Below, piece by piece: positions 60,040-64,000 of a stretch of 64,000 nt of DNA (position 1 is the stretch's first letter; every line of letters starts with the position of its first letter). The position numbers and the translations under genes are program-made. The notes below the pieces were generated by a model that saw nothing but the letters and a program-made list of their open reading frames with translations, did not search any database and was not told the origin of the DNA. Location: assembly GCA_964016885.1 (NCBI GenBank), contig OZ024749.1, positions 50,530,001 to 50,594,000 on the forward strand, given 5' to 3'. The stretch comes from Eledone cirrhosa. Taxonomy: Eukaryota.

Positions 60040-60293
60040 ATGTATATGATATTTGTTTTGTATATTTTTACTATACAAAATATAAAACACAGGTGTTTGC
60101 AGAGTAAATTTTCTCATATTTTCGAGCTTTCCAGTGAAACATTATAAAACGGCATAACACCAGAGCAAAGAATTTCTACTAAATATGGCGTCCAATGGTG
60201 TCTAAATGTTGCTCGTGTTATTTTCTTTTGGAAGCTAATTTTACTTCTCAATTTTGGTAATTTTTCCATCGTTTGATGTTATTATTTGTCATA

Positions 60294-60358
<65 letters not shown>

Positions 60359-60541
60359 CATCATTCGTTCAACAAAATGGATATATATTTAGCATTATTT
60401 TTGTTTCATAAGTGTTCTTGCTGTTGTGGTTGTTTAAATTCCTACGAGATTTCAAGCATTGGAAATCGCTGAGAAAACAATATATCTTATTTTCTAAATA
60501 TAACACAAGAAATATAATGAAAACACTATCATAGGCACGTT

Positions 60542-60587
<46 letters not shown>

Positions 60588-60701
60588 AACACCCACACAC
60601 ATATATATATATCCATATATATATATATATATTCGCACAAACGTAACTCTCTCAAGGTCACGCAAATGATTATACGCTTACATGTAGACACACACGCACA
60701 T

Positions 60702-60791
<90 letters not shown>

Positions 60792-60853
60792 GTTATTCCG
60801 GTTTGAATCGGAGGTAACCACAGTAAGTAAGGTACTCAATACATATGTAGGAA

Positions 60854-60895
<42 letters not shown>

Positions 60896-61560
60896 GTGTG
60901 TGACAAAATGATTTTTACTGGACTAGAACTCTTCCATACTCATAAAGCAATACTGTTAAACCCGACTTTAATGTTTATCGCTTTAGAAAATATAGGAACT
61001 GCACAATACCAAATATTCTATTTTATAGAGGAGTTCACGTAATTTTTTCAATATCGCTAATTTCACTTTAAAATATTTGTGTACGTGACGTCATATTCAT
61101 TCTGCTGAAATTTGGTTTGAATGATTTACAACTCCACGCTGGCATTTTTCTGCAACTGTAGGCAATTTCTGCAAATAAATTTCAACATTTCATTTGGATA
61201 TCTTGAACAAATTGTTTATCATGTATAACGTAAAATGATTAACTCTAGATTATGCCCTGAACAGCCGAATGTATTTCCTCATAGGCTTCTTACTAATGTC
61301 GTTAATTCTTTTTTTATGAAATTGCAAATGAAATGGCACTTTAACTACTTCAAACTTCGTTAATTATTTCATTAATTTCAACTTCCGATCTGTAATTGAA
61401 ATTTACCTAAAAGTAAATTCAGAAATGTTTTCCTGTTGATAATGGAAAATAAGAAACATAGTAATTTCATGAATTTTCTACACTGGCGTAATATGATTTC
61501 TTCGTGTAAGGAATCTTAACCTGAAAAATACGTTTCTGCGTAATAATCATTATTAAGAAC

Positions 61561-61780
61561 GCGGTGGATTGGCAGTATCGGTAGAGGGTCGGACGCCATG
61601 CTTTGCCGCATAGAGTTACGGCCCTTTGTGATATGAGTTCAAATCCCGCCGAGATTAACTTTGCCTTTCATCCTTACGGGGTCGATAAAATAAAGTACCA
61701 GTCACGCACTGGGGTCGATTTAATCGACTTTCCCCTAACTTAAAATTGCTAGCCTTGTGTCTATATAAGAAACCATTATT
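61561..61780 (+). mobile_element. SINE family A long form with 14-bp target-site duplication
   Basis: CATTATTAAGAACG at 61548-61561 and 61774-61787; internal GTCGATTTAATCGAC hairpin. Confidence 0.92.
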
Positions 61781-61837
61781 AAGAACGTTGTGAGAAACAC
61801 GGATTCGATTGACGGGTTAATGACTAAACTATAATAA

Positions 61838-61950
61838 TGGTATGTGATTTAGACACAAGGCCAACAGAAGGAAAATCGATTAAATCGACCTCAGTGGGTT
61901 GCTCATGATTTACGTTTATCGATCCCATAAGGATGAAAGATAAAGCTAAA
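61838..61950 (-). mobile_element. SINE family A 3' fragment, tail-to-tail with 61561-61780
   Basis: CACAAGGCCA..TCGATTAAATCGACCTCAGTG..TTTATCGATCCCATAAGGATGAAAG. Confidence 0.75.
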
Positions 61951-62062
61951 AGGACGTAGATCCTACTAAGCGAAGAAATACCATAACCGCAACATATCGG
62001 TCCCAGTTTTCTCACAAGATGGTTGGCGTTATTAACGTTTCCAAGTTCCTGTACCATGAAGT

Positions 62063-62777
62063 AGGGTTGAACTCCAGATTTGCTCATTGTCAAACGAGGG
62101 TTGAACTCCAGATTTGCTCATTGTCAAACGAGGGTTGAACTCCAGATTTGCTCATTGTCAAACAAGGGTTGAACTCCAGATTTGCTCATTGTTAAATGAG
62201 GGTTGAACTCCAGATTTGCTCATTGTCAAACGAGGGTTGAACTCCAGATTTGCTCATTGTCAAACGAGGGTTGAACTCCAGATTTGCTCATTGTCAAACG
62301 AAGGTTGAACTCCAGATTTGCTCATTGTCAAACGAGGGTTGAACTCCAGATTTGCTCATTGTCAAACAAGGGTTGAACTCCAGATTTGCTCATTGTCAAA
62401 CGAGGGTTGAACTCCAGATTTGCTCATTGTCAAACGAGGGTTGAACTCCAGATTTGCTCATTGTCAAACGAGGGTTGAACTCCAGATTTGCTCATTGTCA
62501 AACGAGGGTTGAACTCCAGATTTGCTCATTGTCAAACGAGGGTTGAACTCCAGATTTGCTCATTGTCAAACAAGGGTTGAACTCCAGATTTGCTCATTGT
62601 TAAATGAGGGTTGAACTCCAGATTTGCTCATTGTCAAACGAGGGTTGAACTCCAGATTTGCTCATTGTCAAACGAGGGTTGAACTCCAGATTTGCTCATT
62701 GTCAAACGAGGGTTGAACTCCAGATTTGCTCATTGTCAAACGAGGGTTGAACTCCAGATTTGCTCATTGTCAAACGA
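62063..62777. repeat. 34-bp minisatellite, ~21 near-identical copies
   Basis: Unit AGGGTTGAACTCCAGATTTGCTCATTGTCAAACG, head-to-tail with no spacers. Confidence 0.97.
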
Positions 62778-62822
62778 AACTCCTTGAATTTGCCACTTGT
62801 CAATTATAATACAGACATGATT

Positions 62823-63013
62823 AGGGCGGTGAATTGGCAGTATCGGTAGAGGGTTGGACGCCATGCTTTCTAGCATAGTTACGTCCCTTTACACTTTGAG
62901 TTCAAATCCCGCCGAGGTTAACTTTGCCTTTCATCCATACGGGGTCGATAAAATAAAGTACCAGTAATGTACTGGGTGATTGCTGGCCTTGTGCCTAAAG
63001 TAGAAACAATTAT
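62823..63013 (+). mobile_element. SINE family A short form
   Basis: Full head, core and tail; ATTATA.TACAGACA direct repeat on both sides. Confidence 0.9.
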
Positions 63014-63395
63014 ATTACAGACAGATGCAGATTACATTAATTATATACAGGATGTGTACTAATAGTGATAATGTGAAGAATAACAGAGACGTAGCCACAT
63101 TGGACATATTCGTTTCACGTAAGTTTCTGTGCTTGATTAAATGATGCTTTCACACTGAATATGTATCAGCAAGCTCACACCTTCGGAGAAATCCGTAGGC
63201 TGTATAATACCTGTCAACGATGATGAAATATAGGTATACTGTGCACAGAGAAGCAATTACTACCAGTTTCCAACACCGAAATACTCCAACGCAATTATCT
63301 AGGGAAGCAAAAGCCTAGCAGTCGACAGCAGCGTATTTTAATGGTAATAGGGTGCTCACCCTATTTTAGAGCATCTATGAACTTGAGAACTTCAA

Positions 63396-63463
<68 letters not shown>

Positions 63464-63487
63464 AAAAGGTATATATATATATATATA

Positions 63488-63526
<39 letters not shown>

Positions 63527-63896
63527 GGTTCAGAACCCCACTGACGGCAGAGCTCAAGCCGTTTCGACGGCTATTTTTTGACTAAATTGAATTTTTTGCG
63601 TGGAAATGGTATAGCCGAACTTTTCAAAGGGTAATTCCATATATGGACATACGATAATCATGCATTTCTGAAAGTTGTAGTTATCAAAATGATTGGTCGA
63701 AGTTTCTTGTAAACACAGTTAAATCTTTCATGACGGCGGGTAGGGGTGGGATGTGGCTGAACTTGCCTGTAGAACAATGAGGGATTGGGTGAAGCCGGTC
63801 AAGCATTAATAGTAAATTCTATACAACAAATTCTAAGGAGTATGGATGAAGTAGGCTATCTAGAAAGCAAGTGTGGTTCCTTACCACACTTTCTTC

Positions 63897-63933
<37 letters not shown>

Positions 63934-64000
63934 TAAAATGAAGAATTAGAAATAGGACTATCCATCATCAGTGATCTACTGGCCATCATAGGTATTTCTT

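Noticed and set aside
62063-62777. CRISPR array
   Set aside because: Units abut with no unique spacers, there are no cas genes, and the context is eukaryotic
63556-63580. Rho-independent terminator-like hairpin AGCCGT-ttcg-ACGGCT followed by a T run
   Set aside because: Eukaryotic repeat context with no upstream gene; not meaningful as a bacterial terminator

Overview
AT-rich eukaryotic (animal) DNA, very rich in (TA)n/(TG)n microsatellites, with no intact protein-coding gene that I can support. Nearly all listed ORFs are microsatellite read-through. The tRNA-derived SINE families and overall composition suggest an octopod cephalopod (inference). The window holds about 20 copies or fragments of two SINE families, an RTE-type LINE 3' tip, a 34-bp x ~21 minisatellite and a possible decayed 7TM/GPCR-like sequence. 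The main signal is a high density of type I hammerhead ribozyme (HHR) motifs: 7 with intact core motifs, about 4 near-intact and several half-motifs, from several unrelated short sequence families and mostly next to (TA)n tracts. They co-occur with fold-back palindromes, including a ~4 kb inverted duplication with an HHR in each arm. This pattern fits non-autonomous Penelope-like/retrozyme-like elements that target TA microsatellites. All folds were assigned by eye and not computed.
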